The position numbers were made by a program, and so were the translations under genes. The notes below the pieces were generated by a model that searched no databases, was not told the origin of the DNA, and saw only the letters and a list, made by a program, of their open reading frames with translations. 64,000 bases of DNA from Octopus sinensis. Taxonomy: Eukaryota. How positions within the stretch are numbered: position 1 is the first letter of the stretch; each line of letters begins with the position of its first letter. The DNA is taken from assembly GCF_006345805.1 (NCBI RefSeq), contig NC_043007.1:46996001-47060000 (forward strand). The letters run 5' to 3'. Below are positions 41,792 to 54,797 of the stretch, one piece after another.

Positions 41792-42058
41792 GCAATTAAG
41801 GACAACTACTTAATAAGGAAAACTTAACAAGAAATTGTCAGGTAGATAGCGTGAAAACCTCATAAGAGAATAAATTTCGAAAATAATTATTTCTTATTGA
41901 ACATATTAATCTATATATAGAGGGCATTATACATACATGCCAGAGGGCATTATACATACATGCCACACGCTAAGAGGGACAATTAGTCATTTCTACCAAA
42001 AATATTACTAATCCCACCGAATGCAATTTTTCAAAGTAAGACATTTAAAAAATATAGA

Positions 42059-42100
42059 CCTGTATCACAGTGATTTCATACTTACGTATTCATCAGCAGG
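42059..42100 (-). ncRNA. Type I hammerhead ribozyme, array 1 copy 1
   Basis: Minus strand reads CCTG-CTGATGA-ATAC(GTAA)GTAT-GAAA-TCAC(T)GTGA-TA-CAGG: intact core, stems I/II/III paired, AUA cleavage triplet. Confidence 0.92.
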
Positions 42101-42534
42101 CCTGAATGTATCATAAATAAACGACCCTGCCCCGCTTAAGCCGATCAGCTAACTGATCAACATCAACGAAGCACATGGGTGAGTTTACATATATTACATC
42201 CTGTAAATGGCATACTTTTACGAATTGCATTTCGGGAAAGGAAAAGTTTTTTCGGAATAAAAATTTAGCAATTAAGGACAACTACTTAATAAGAAAAACT
42301 TAACAAGAAATTATCAGGTAGATAGCGTGAAAACCTCATAAGAGAATAAATTTCGAAAATAATTATTTCTTATTGAACATATTAATTTATATATAGAGGG
42401 CATTATACATACATGCCAGAGGGCATTATACATACATGCCACACGCTAAGAGGGACAATTAGTCATTTCTACCAAAAATATTACTAATCCCACCGAATGC
42501 AATTTTTCAAAGTAAGACATTTAAAAAATATAGA

Positions 42535-42576
42535 CCTGTATCACAGTGATTTCATACTTACGTATTCATCAGCAGG
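42535..42576 (-). ncRNA. Type I hammerhead ribozyme, array 1 copy 2
   Basis: Identical to 42059-42100, 476 bp away. Confidence 0.92.
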
Positions 42577-43010
42577 CCTGAATGTATCATAAATAAACGA
42601 CCCTGCCCCGCTTAAGCCGATCGTCTAACTGATCAACATCAACGAAGCACATGGGTGAGTTTACATATATTACATCCTGTAAATGGCATACTTTTACGAA
42701 TTGCATTTCGGGAAAGGAAAAGTTTTTTCGGAATAAAAATTTAGCAATTAAGGACAACTACTTAATAAGGAAAACTTAACAAGAAATTGTCAGGTAGATA
42801 GCGTGAAAACCTCATAAGAGAATAAATTTCGAAAATAATTATTTCTTATTGAACATATTAATTTATATATAGAGGGCATTATACATACATGCCAGAGGGC
42901 ATTATACATACATGCCACACGCTAAGAGGGACAATTAGTCATTTCTACCAAAAATATTACTAATCCCACCGAATGCAATTTTTCAAAGTAAGACATTTAA
43001 AAAATATAGA

Positions 43011-43052
43011 CCTGTATCACAGTGATTTCATACTTACGTATTCATCAGCAGG
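43011..43052 (-). ncRNA. Type I hammerhead ribozyme, array 1 copy 3
   Basis: Identical to 42059-42100. Confidence 0.92.
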
Positions 43053-43282
43053 CCTGAATGTATCATAAATAAACGACCCTGCCCCGCTTAAGCCGATCAG
43101 CTAACTGATCAACATCAACGAAGCACATGGGTGAGTTGAAAAATTGCATTCGGTGGGATTAGTAATATTTTTGGTAGAAATGACTAATTGTCCCTCTTAG
43201 CGTGTGGCATGTATGTATAATGCCCTCTGGCATGTATGTATAATGCCCTCTATATATAAAATATATATATATATATATATAT

Positions 43283-43356
<74 letters not shown>

Positions 43357-43543
43357 GTGTGTAATTTTCCTTTGTTAAAAATTAACACGGGAAAAACAGA
43401 CAAATAGTTACCAGGGTAGCAAAATATCACACAAGTAAAAATGTTATTGAAGTTAGAAACTCCGGGTTTACGTAAAATATTTTGTATTATATATATAAAT
43501 AAATTAATTGAGTTAAACGCAGGTCTTATTAAAATTCTTTTAC

Positions 43544-43628
43544 CTCCGACACATCTTTCGAAGATATCACTGGTATTATTTCAAAGGAATAAAATGGTGT
43601 AAAACAATGTAATCTTTTCTTCAGGGAA
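43544..43628 (-). ncRNA. Slightly decayed type I hammerhead with long stem II (family D)
   Basis: Minus strand: ttcc-CTGAAGA-aaagat...atcttc-GAAA-gatgtg-TC-ggag. Lies within an AT-rich unit ~43360-43940 bounded by microsatellites. Confidence 0.65.
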
Positions 43629-43994
43629 ACAGAATATCATGGATATGTATAATGATTAACTAAACGCTATTTGTGTACAAAAAACCATAGAGGATATAAC
43701 GTCAAAGGTAGCCTAAAGAAAGAGGAGGGGTAAAGGAAAAAAACAAATAAATGAGTAGTATATAACGATATGTAAATTAAATAAAACTCTTAAGTCTTGG
43801 AAAAAGATATATCTAGTGAATGTGAAATGTAAGAAGAAAATTAACGTTTAAATTATATTGAATGATAGATATCACTTATATGAAATAAGGTGTGTTTCTG
43901 CCAATGTTTACATCGGTATGCACGCTCTATGCGTTTAACTGCATTTATTAATTTACACACACACACATATATATGTATATATATATATATATAC

Positions 43995-44150
43995 GTCGGG
44001 CTTCTTTGAGTTTCAGTCTACCAGATCCACTCACAAGGATTTAGTCGGACCGAAGCTATAGTGGGAGACACTTGCCTAAGGTGCTATGCAGAGGGACTGA
44101 AATTGGGGCCATGTGGTTGGGAAACAAGTTTCTTACAACACAGCCACGCT
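43995..44150 (-). mobile_element. tRNA-derived SINE head
   Basis: Minus strand gcgtggctgtgttgtaagaaacttg..tttcagtccc..gcaccttaggcaagtgtct has A/B-box-like motifs. Confidence 0.7.
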
Positions 44151-44938
44151 GAATATACCTGACTCATACACGCAAACACACACACACACACATACACACA
44201 CACACACACACACACAACACACACACACACACACAGGCCCGCACACTTAGCACAGTGGCAGGGAACAAATAATTTAAATATAGAACCTAAAAGACAGAAA
44301 CTAATAGAAATGTACTCTGCGCATCATTGGTCCTGAATAAAATGTCATCTTAAGTTCGACACCATCTGAAATTCAGTGTCAGCAACGTAAGCTTTTCAGA
44401 ACGCTTTAGATGCAATTTGAGATGAGGATAATTACAAAGACCGATAAGTTCTGGAGAATGAATCTTAATTACAGACCCGTTCGGTTGTATGGATAACGGG
44501 AGGCAATACTGAGCAAAATAATATGTATAACTAAGATACCTTTCAGCTTGAAAACAAATTTATGCTAAGTTCAAATTACGCTTATGGTAGATAGCGTATG
44601 CGTTGAAGCATTGAAAATAAATATAAAATAATTAATTGGGAAATATTCCAAGAGTTGACAAGAGAAGGACAATCTACATCAGTAGATTTAATAAACCATT
44701 CTAATCCGAAATCAGGGAACGTTATTAAATAATACAAGCACCTGCTGCAACAGCAGGGTAAAACGCTTTGTTAATAAAAACTGAGATGAGGCTACTAGTT
44801 CGAAAGATATCAGCGTATAATTTACATATGGAATATTTTCAGCATTACATACGACTACACACACACACATGATAGATAGATAGATAGATAGATAGATAGG
44901 ATGATTTTATTCTTCCTTTTGTGCATTTAAATATTAAT

Positions 44939-45052
<114 letters not shown>

Positions 45053-45828
45053 TGCACATTAAAAGTACTTCAAACCTGCCTTTTGGTTACAGCTCGTATC
45101 TTCTCTGGAACTCTGTTTCTCAATTTTCAACCCCGAGGTGAAGCGCAATACAAATGCAATATGTATTTTAGACAAGGCGGAAATACATTTCATTATTTAT
45201 GATTACTTTTAAATAACCTCGTATAAAAAATCCTAAATGCTTAACAAAGCTTTAGCTAAAGAGTATACAGTACATTTATATCACAACAAAGAAGGCACCT
45301 GCAGATATATGTAGATGTGACAGGCTAATTATCCAATGCCTTTCAAACAAAATTATATGAATTCTTTTCGTGACTTTGAAATTATGTTCACGGTTCAATT
45401 TCCTTGCTATCTATTAACAATGCCTTTGTTTAATAATATGGATTCAATATGGTAATGCCAGAAGGTGATGCATAAATAAAATGTTTTGAATTTTCTAAAC
45501 AATTTTCTTTTGTTCATATTTATATTTAATGTTTTTCATTGCTCACCATATATGCAGGTGTTATGATTCATGGCATTACGTGAAATATACATAGTAAGTT
45601 ATTCTAACACTCGTATCACTGAAATGTATACATACGTGAATGTTGCTGAGAAATATTACGAACGTGAATACTTGTTTCTCTGCAGTATATATTAATGTGT
45701 TACTCTCAGAACTGCAATGGTAGTGCATATCGCGTCTAATTTTAATATATGAAATAGAAGCTGAGACATACATACACATACACACACACACATATACATA
45801 TATATACATACATACTTAATACGTACAT

Positions 45829-45864
<36 letters not shown>

Positions 45865-46527
45865 GTGTGTGTCTGTGTGTGTGTGTGCGTGTGTGTGTGC
45901 ATGCATATCTGTGATTTTGTGTATATTTATGTGTGTGTGTGCATGCATCTGTATGTATATAAGGTGTATTTATGTCATATGAATAAATATTATGTACTCT
46001 TGATGAGACAAGATAATGTAAATATCGCAGGTGTGTGTTGTCTTCTACGTTAACCGTAATATATGAAATGATGGTTTGAACAATAACACTATTTACGTTG
46101 GGAAATATTTCATATAAATTTATGACTTTTAGCTGTTTGACTACTGATTGGATCATTCACAGTTTGTTGAAGCTAAAATTCTCACATTGTAAAAGATTGA
46201 GTCTATCTATTTAAGACACGCAATTTATTTCTTAATAGTACTGCTTACCATCAAATGTTAAAATACAGCATAATGATGTTAGTGACCAAGTCGAAAAAAT
46301 ATGGTAACATATTTGACACTTACGAGACTGTAATATTAACAAATAAACGAAAAGGAAATAGAAATTACTTTGCTAATTTTCAAAAGACTAAATTCAATCG
46401 TTCATAATTCAATTATTAATGCATAGATTTAATGCTCTCGAAATCTTGAAACGTATACATATACACTTACACCTGTGCACATGCACACACACACACACAC
46501 GCACACACATATAGAAAGACAGGGTGA

Positions 46528-46752
<225 letters not shown>

Positions 46753-46925
46753 CATGTATAATTAGGATAAAGTCATTAATTATCAGTAGCCAGTACACAA
46801 AGAACCATATGGTCTAAATTAATATTTAGCGTATAATTATAATTGCAGTTTGGAAGGTGTTTATAAGCCATTTAAAAACACACACAAAAAAACCTTAGAT
46901 TCACTTCAACATTTAAATTTAATTT

Positions 46926-46970
46926 GTCAAAATATTTTCGTCGCTTTGAAACCGCGATCTGTTCACTGAC
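46926..46970 (-). ncRNA. Hammerhead-like motif with a G3:C8 swapped core (family E)
   Basis: Minus strand: gtca-GTGAACA-gatcgc(ggtttcaaa)gcgac-GAAA-atat-TT-tgac. Confidence 0.6.
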
Positions 46971-47155
46971 GAAAAATCGTGCTGCGCAAATTATATTTTA
47001 AACATTAATTTATCACATACGGGTTTTTTTGTATGCTGGTCACTCATAAATCATTAATTATATTCACATGGCTGAAATGGACGATGAGGTTTTTACTTCG
47101 TATATATGTGTGAATGCATGTATATATTCGTATTTGTACGTCTGTATATATATGG

Positions 47156-47187
<32 letters not shown>

Positions 47188-47214
47188 ATATATATATATA
47201 TAATTTCTCAGTTG

Positions 47215-47636
47215 GGATCTTTTCGGCTTGAACGGCAGTTTTTTCTAGCGGTGTCATATGAAATTGTCACCCATAATTATGACCCTAGTATCGATCTATT
47301 ACATTTCAATCTATTTTAGGGTTAGGGTTAGAGTTAGGAGTGGGGGAAGGGTATCTTTTTTTCTTCAGAAATGTAAATAAACCCAATCTATTTCTTAAAC
47401 GGGGGACATATTCATACTGCACAGAATATTTTCACCTCAATAGACATCATTGATTGGTTGAAAATGCAGAAATTGAAGAAAAAAAACAACAAATATCTTA
47501 CAAACTATAGAATTTTCTCAATAAAGCCAAAAGAAAAAGATGTTTTATAAACACATTTTACCAGTATACGAAGTTTAAAAGTGTTTAGTTACGTGGAAAT
47601 TATTTTAAAAAACTGCCGGTCAAACTGAAAAGATCC
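47215..47636. mobile_element. MITE with ~30-bp TIRs and a probable 8-bp TSD (Merlin-like)
   Basis: ggatcttttcggcttgaacggcagtttttt / aaaaaactgccggtcaaactgaaaagatcc, with flanks ctcagttg / ttcaattg. Confidence 0.75.
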
Positions 47637-47739
47637 TTCAATTGTTTACGGTCGGTGTACACTACTGAAGATTGTAACACAATTTCAATATGAAATCTTA
47701 TGATATAAGGTTGTCTATAATATTTTAATAAGTCCTTTC

Positions 47740-48990
47740 TGTCCATTTTCATCGCATACAGCCTTGTGTTAAACGAAGCGCTAACTTAAGTGGTTTGTAG
47801 TTATTGACGTGTATTTCTAGCGTGCTGTGCCTCCAGCTGGCCACTACGCATTCCTATGTCTTTGTTTACTGTGCCATTCTTTTCAATCTTCTCCCTACTT
47901 AGCTAAATCGTCTTCTAATCGTCGTGGAGGCCTTCAAAACGACATTTTTCAATATCTGGAATACTCATCGGCAACTGCACGGGTCCACTTGCAAACATTG
48001 TAACATGTCCGGCCCAGTGAGCTTATGTGCTCGGTAATCTGCTAGTGTACTCCACTCGGATCTGCGGTAATCTGCGAGTTTTCTCCACTCAGTGTGTACT
48101 CGACTCTGAAATCGAATTATTTCGTTTTGAATATGCTCTCATAATGATATTCCTTGTAAGGAACTTTCCATGGCATTTTTCGTCGTAGCCAATCGATGTT
48201 CTTCAATTTTCGTTTTATTCCAAGATTTACTAGCGTATAAGACCACTCGTAAGATTGTAACATTGAAGAGTGTGACAAGAATGATGTTGTCCAGCTTTGA
48301 TTTGACTACATACTTTATTGACGTAAACGCCTTCTTATCTTGTTCTTATTCTCTTCGAAGTTTCAGCATCTATATCTCGATGCATATTCACTGTGTGCCC
48401 TAAGTAGATGTACTCTTTTATCGCCTCGATTTCATCGCTTCCCACTTCTATTCATCTTTGTAATACATCTTCCGACCACATATATTTTGTTTGCTTGTAG
48501 TTCAATTTAAGACCTAAGCTCTGAGTCTCCAATTCTGTCAGCTCAGTCTGCAGCTGATTTGTGGCTTCGGCGATGTGCGCCAAGTCATCTGCGAAAAGGA
48601 AGTTTGTTAGAAACTCGCTGTTGATGTTCCAGCAACCTGTTCAGTCAATGTCACAGATGACCATTACTAGATACGAAATAAAGAGCTGCTTTGGAGAGGT
48701 GTTATCTCCTTGTTTGATGACCTTCCCAACTGGATCTCTTACCAATGGCGAGAGCAGAGATATATTTGTTGTGCACCCAGAATTCGCATCTCTTAGCAGT
48801 TTGATGTATAGCAACTTGACACCCGGCATTTTCAGACATTTCATCACTGCATTCATCTCGACGCTATCAAAGTCGTCAGTGAAAGCGATGCACAAAAGCA
48901 GCTTGTATTCATTAAGTCGTTCTCTAGAGTGAATATGTGATCCATTGTACTATAGTTTCACGGAAAATTCTTGGCTGCTAATCCTGAAGG
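47740..48990 (-). mobile_element. Decayed RTE-clade LINE
   Basis: FDSVEMNAV..KQGDNTSPK, FLFADD and WAGHV motifs on the minus strand. Confidence 0.8.
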
Positions 48991-49060
48991 TATTCCTACT
49001 ATAAGCACATGACCAGAAATTTTTGGTGAAGGGCTTAATCGCTTATATCGAACCCAAGCT

Positions 49061-50286
49061 TCAGTTGAAGAATGAAATGTCTGATTTTTTAAGCAGCAAT
49101 TTTGATAGTCGTCAACTCTATCCTACCAATTCTTTGTTTTACAACATAGAAGAGTTACTTTTCGAAATGCAGTTCGTGATGCCTGATTATATTGAGAGCA
49201 TTCTCTTGTAAATCAATTTTTGTTAACCTATGGCTAGATACAATATTCGTGTTGTTTATAAATATGAGTTCCGTCGTGGAACCAATGCATTCCAGACAGC
49301 TCAAAACATCAATGAGGTGTTTGGTGAATATGTGGCGAATGAGCACACTGTACGTCAATGGTTTGAGAAGTTCCGCTGTGGTGACTTACTCTTCAAAATA
49401 TGTTCCGTGGTAGACATGAGACCAAGGAAAATAATGATGAGCTGGAAACTGTAATGGCAGCGTATACATCTCAAACTACGCGTGAGTTAGCATGAAGGCT
49501 TGATGTTTCGATTCCAATTGTATTGGACAATCCGAAACAAAGGGGCAAAGTAAAGAAACTGGACAAGTAGGTACCACACGAACTGAACGAGTATCAAATG
49601 ACACGTCGTCTTGAGACTTGCTGTTCTTTACTGTCATGGCTTAAAAGCGAACTATTCTTGAATCGTTTTGTTAAGTATTTTGCAAAATGTATTCTTTTCA
49701 ACAATAGCAAGCGTTCAGTACGGTAGTTGGATAGAGACGAAGTGCCAAATCACCATCCAAACAAAAATATTCACCAAAAGCATCTAATGGTGCCTGCTTG
49801 GTGGCCCAGCGAAGGTGTCATTCACTACACTTTCATGAAAGCGTGTAAGTCAATTACAGTGGATGTGTATATCAACCAATTGGATGAAATAATGAGTGAA
49901 TTTGCAATTAAACAACCGAGGTTGATCAACAGGACAGACCAATTCTCTTGCAAGACAATGCTCGACAACATGTTATACAAAAAACGCTACTCTATCATCC
50001 ATAATATTCACCAGACCTTGCAGTAACTGTCACGTTTTCCAGGCTTTAGGCAAATTTTTGCAAGGAACAATTTCAGGTCTGAAGAACATGCAAAAACAGC
50101 CTTTCGTGATTTCATCACCACTTGCTCCCCAGGATCCCTCTCTGCTGGCATAAATAAGCATGCGACAAAATGGCAAAATCATTTTGATGATTTAGGTGCA
50201 TACTTTGATTAACTGCATTGCTTTTTTTTTAAAGATAAAGTAAAATAAGCTTTCAATTCAAAATCGGACATTTCATTCTTAGTGAC

Positions 50287-50290
<4 letters not shown>
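49061..50290 (+). mobile_element. Near full-length decayed mariner transposon
   Basis: YEFRRGTNAFQTAQNINEVFG..TVRQWFEKFRCGD helix-turn-helix and a catalytic region. TIRs aagaatgaaatgtctgatttt / aaaatcggacatttcattctt. Confidence 0.9.
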
Positions 50291-50329
<39 letters not shown>

Positions 50330-50331
<2 letters not shown>

Positions 50332-50535
50332 TTCTACACTAAGCACAAGGTCCGAAAATTTGGGGGAGGGGCCAGTCAATTACATCGACCCCAGAATGCA
50401 GCTAGTACTTAATTTATCGATTCTGAAAGGATGAAAGGCAAAGTCGACCTCGGTGGAATTAGAACTCAGAACGAAAAGACAGATAAAAATAGAACGTTAC
50501 GCATCTCGCCAGGCGTGCGAACGTTTCTGCCAGAA
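50330..50535 (-). mobile_element. tRNA-derived SINE
   Basis: gaaaggatgaaaggcaaagtcgacctcggtggaattagaactcagaacg core. Confidence 0.85.
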
Positions 50536-50540
50536 CAATA

Positions 50541-50543
<3 letters not shown>

Positions 50544-50588
<45 letters not shown>

Positions 50589-50760
50589 GTATATACATAC
50601 ATACATGCACACACACACACATATATATATATATGTATATGTATATACATACATACATGCACACACACACACATATATATATATACACACATATATATAT
50701 ATATATATGTATATGTATATACATACATACATGCACACACACACACATATATATATATAT

Positions 50761-50803
<43 letters not shown>

Positions 50804-50840
50804 ATACATACATACATACATACATACATACATGCATATA
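50544..50840. repeat. Compound TA/CA microsatellite with higher-order ~50-70 bp repeats
   Basis: atgtatatgtatatacatacatacatgcacacacac recurs three times. Confidence 0.9.
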
Positions 50841-51338
50841 TGGTTACAGAATGAAGTACACTCGCAACAGTGCAAGTCAGTTGTCAGCTGTCTATCTACT
50901 CCTCATTTCGAGCATTAAACGACAATATAAGTCTTCAAAGACAGTTGATTCCATAAATTCCAAAATAAATTTTGGATTTGTGGAGCGTCAAAGTTGGAAA
51001 CACAAACATGACAGTTGAGACATACAAGGAAACCGAACGAAAACAGACATAGCGGAAAATAGAGAACGCTGAGAGAGACATTGGTTTTGCAAAGAGAAAA
51101 GATGGAAAAGAGAGCGAAAAAACATGTGTTCTTTTGAACGTCCGATCAGGTGAAGAAAGATGGTCACGTGAGGAAAAGAAAAATGAACTGTAGCCAGGTA
51201 TAAGCAACGTGAGAGTGGTGGGGTATTGACAGATACAGAGAGGACACCAAAGACAAAAAATTACACACACTCACATCTCTTCTCTCTTTGTCTAAAGGCT
51301 GTAAATATGTTTTGGAGCAGAGGATAATCTTTGAAATA

Positions 51339-51866
51339 CAGTAATACTTCATTGTACGAGGACTCGCCTTACGAAACCCCGGGTTTAAGATATTTATTTT
51401 TCAAGCACAAGATCCAAATTTTGATTGAAGTGCAAAAGTTTCTACACTGCTTCTGTGTGTTACTGAGAAATTTATAAAGTGCGAAATAGGCTTCTCCTAA
51501 GCAGAAAACTCTAGGCATGTTTTTTAAAAAGAAATCTATAAGTCCGTCTACGAATGCTTGTTAATCGACGATCGCGTGTGATGGTAAGCGCAAGTCTAGT
51601 GTGAGTAAATGTGATTAAAATAATAATTACTTTTATTATAAATGATCTTGACATTGTTTTTACTTTGTAAAATATTATTTACATTGTACTGTTGTTTTAT
51701 TTCCATTTAGTTACGAGTAATATAAATTTTATAGGTAAAATATTTTTCTGGGAACAAATTACGATTTATAACGTTGTTATCATGGGAAATTATTGCTCTC
51801 CATTACTAGTTTCGCTTTACGAGCTGTCTGCGGAAACAAATTAACTCGTATATTAAGGCATTAGTG
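51339..51866. mobile_element. Tigger/pogo-like MITE
   Basis: Degenerate TIRs cagtaatacttcattgtacgag / ctcgtatattaaggcattagtg, with TA on both flanks. Confidence 0.6.
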
Positions 51867-53750
51867 TACGTGAGATATAGCTCTCAATAAAATACATTCC
51901 AAACGCATTATTGCTTTCCATTTCCTGATGTAGATCACGTACCTTATCATATGCTATTTGTATATATACCTAATTTCATAAAAATGCTTCAAATGTCCTG
52001 CAAACTTAATAAAGTAGCAAACGTAATGAAGATGCCACGCATCGGGATGGATCTCGTTACAACATGGCTAAAAAATATAGTTTTCTCATGGTAAAAAGTA
52101 TAGTTTTCTCATGCCTGAGAAAATATATTTAATTTGTTCGAATATTGCATCACCGATGAAAATCAAAAACCTCCTTCTGGTTATTGATTTATTGGTTTAA
52201 AAGTATTATGTAATAACTATGTTTAATAAATCCAGTCTGTAAAATTCTATTTGACAAGTTTAATGTATGTAATACCAAACTTTAAAGTGCCTGAATGTTA
52301 TATATTCCAGACATTATAAAACGGTATTAGATCACAGAGTGTTTCACATACAACATACGCAGTAATGTCATCGTTTTCTCTTTTACGAAAAAAAAAAGAG
52401 AATATATCTTCTTTATTTGATGGCATTAGCCGTTACGTAAAACGTATTAAATGGATATAATATATTAACTAAATATGTGAGAAAAAACTTTTATACGGAT
52501 TAAATGATTTCCATATATTTTATCTGTGTTTATTGTTAGTTCTGAGGGAACTAGTTCATTTGCCATTATTGCAATTAATAATCTTCACGTGCATGAAGGT
52601 GTCTGCAATAAAAATTAATGCTTGTTGTTAAAATACAGGTTATAAAAATGCAATAGTCACTAATCAAAAAGTTCCGGTTTCGTTTCTACTGCATGACAAA
52701 TTCGATCATCACTTCAGTTCGGCTCAGGTCTGTCCTATGAATGAAACTGTTTAGGCAGACACTGTGCACAACTAGTTAAATGTATCGAATCGATTAAACG
52801 CAACCACTCTTTAGTATAGGTCAGTTTGTTTCAATGACTTGCACCAGGTCTGCAGTCGCTTTATATATTTAGACTCTTCATAGTAACCATGAGTACTGTT
52901 ATTTCACCTCTAGAAAAGAATCAGGTCAACACAAATATCAGAAAACATATAGCATGAACCTGTCCGTTCCAATATTTGATTTTATATTAATAGACTCAGA
53001 GAGCATAGTGTAGTGACTGACAGAATGATTTCATTCTCAAACTTTAATTTCTCTCGATACGTTGCATCGTTGAATTTATAAATTTAAAGTATAATTAATG
53101 CAGTGAATCTAATGTACTTAAAATCGCCTTTTTTATGACATCTAGACAGCATATGTACACAAGTATAAGTAACCCGAAAGTTTGCTTGCAACATTTTATT
53201 GCATTTTATTGCATTTGTATATCTCAACATTGCAGTTAATGCAGTATATGCAACAGAATCTCACATACTAAAGGAAATCTGATATCGTATAAATCCGGAG
53301 AGCATTACGATTTTCTAATCTTCATTTGAAATATGAACAGAAATGTGGGGGAAAAGTAACAAAACAAGAAACGGTAAAAATTTAACCAGATGTATTCGAA
53401 ATAAGGTTGATAAGTTTGAATCTGGATAGTGGCTGATTTAGGAAATAGTGACGAATAATTTGTAGACATATGGGGATTTGTCGTGGTGTCAAAAAAATAT
53501 TCTTGCAACTCTAACAATGCTGATAGCGATGTTGGCGATGACAATTTTAGTGAGTCAGAAAAGATGATACAGGTATGTTATTTAATTTATTCTTTATACC
53601 ACTCCAGTATCATCGACGGAAATGATTCGGATAAATGTTTTGCTAGGGAAACGTCGCAAAGATAACAAATAGTGATACATAATTTATGTAGTGTGATTTC
53701 AAGTCCCAATTATATTTATAGATACCATCACTCTCTATATATCATATATC

Positions 53751-53787
<37 letters not shown>

Positions 53788-53869
53788 CGTGTGTGTGCAT
53801 ATATGTGTGCATAAAGGAATATCACACCCATAAAAGCAGACATTCGTGTATATGTAAATGTGTATAAAA

Positions 53870-53921
<52 letters not shown>

Positions 53922-54451
53922 TATGTATATGTATATATATGTATGTATAAATACAAAAACGGAACAATGTTACACAAATATAAAAACAATAAAAATACAA
54001 TAAAAATAATAACAGGATATAAATAAACAAGTGTCGTTCGACTAAAGACGAACTGAATTAAGCTGGCGCGAGTGGAAATGAAGCCTTACGGCAGAGATAC
54101 AACAATGTCACAAACACAGGGAAAAATATCGATGTTGCACGGACAACTGTCAGACCAACAAAGAAAGAACAGGCTTGGCCGTGGTGGTCAGAGAGAGAAG
54201 TAGAAGCAGGGGGACGGAAGAATTAGGGAGGGACGAGGAAAAATGACAGGGACACAGTGTAGTGAAAAGTGGAGGCAAAGCGAGTAAGAAGAGACGGCAA
54301 AGAAATGTGAGAGAGGCGAAACAAAAGAACGAAGAGTGGAATGAACGAATAAGCGTGAAAGGGCTGACAGACAGAAATAGAGTCGTACAAGATTTAGTAA
54401 AATGTGTCCTTACATATAAGAGACCAAATTGTACGTGCGCCGCTATATATG

Positions 54452-54483
<32 letters not shown>

Positions 54484-54756
54484 AAAATTTAGCAATTAAG
54501 GACAACTACTTAATAAGGAAAACTTAACAAGAAATTGTCAGGTAGATGGCGTAAAAACCTCATAAGAGAAAAAATTTCGAAAATAATTATTTCTTATTGA
54601 ACATATTAATTTATATATAGAGGGCATTATATATACATGCCAGAAGGCATTATACATACATGCCAAACGCTAAGAGGGACAATCAGTCATTCTACCAAAA
54701 ATATTACTAATCCCACCGAATGCAATTTTTCAAAGTAAGACATTTAAAAATATAGA

Positions 54757-54797
54757 CCTGTATCACAGTGATTTCATACTACGTAATCATCAGCAGG
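54757..54797 (-). ncRNA. Type I hammerhead ribozyme, array 2
   Basis: CCTG-CTGATGA-TTAC..GTAT-GAAA-TCACTGTGA-TA-CAGG on the minus strand, with a 1-nt deletion in loop II. Confidence 0.8.

Larger units (their letters stand above)
41791..43260 (-). mobile_element. Tandem array (~2.8 copies) of a 476-bp non-coding HHR-bearing monomer plus a short inverted segment; retrozyme or non-autonomous Penelope-like insertion
   Basis: agcaattaaggacaac recurs at 41791, 42267 and 42743 (period 476) with near-identical copies. 43137-43260 is an inverted part of the monomer. Both flanks are (TA)n and there is no ORF. Confidence 0.85.

Noticed and set aside
41791-43137. CRISPR array or simple satellite interpretation of the 476-bp repeats
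   Set aside because: There are no short repeats with unique spacers and no cas genes, and the context is eukaryotic. Low copy number, dispersed loci and ribozymes fit a retroelement better than a satellite.
44780-44815. ctgagatgagg..gaaagatatc resembling an HHR
   Set aside because: The core spacing is wrong, there is no UH after the palindrome, and there is no stem I.
47316-47338. Telomere or chromosome-fusion scar
   Set aside because: Only about four imperfect units, and they are internal to a MITE.
53400-53670. Acidic ORF resembling a piggyBac-type transposase N-terminus
   Set aside because: No catalytic motifs, TIRs or TTAA TSD could be identified.
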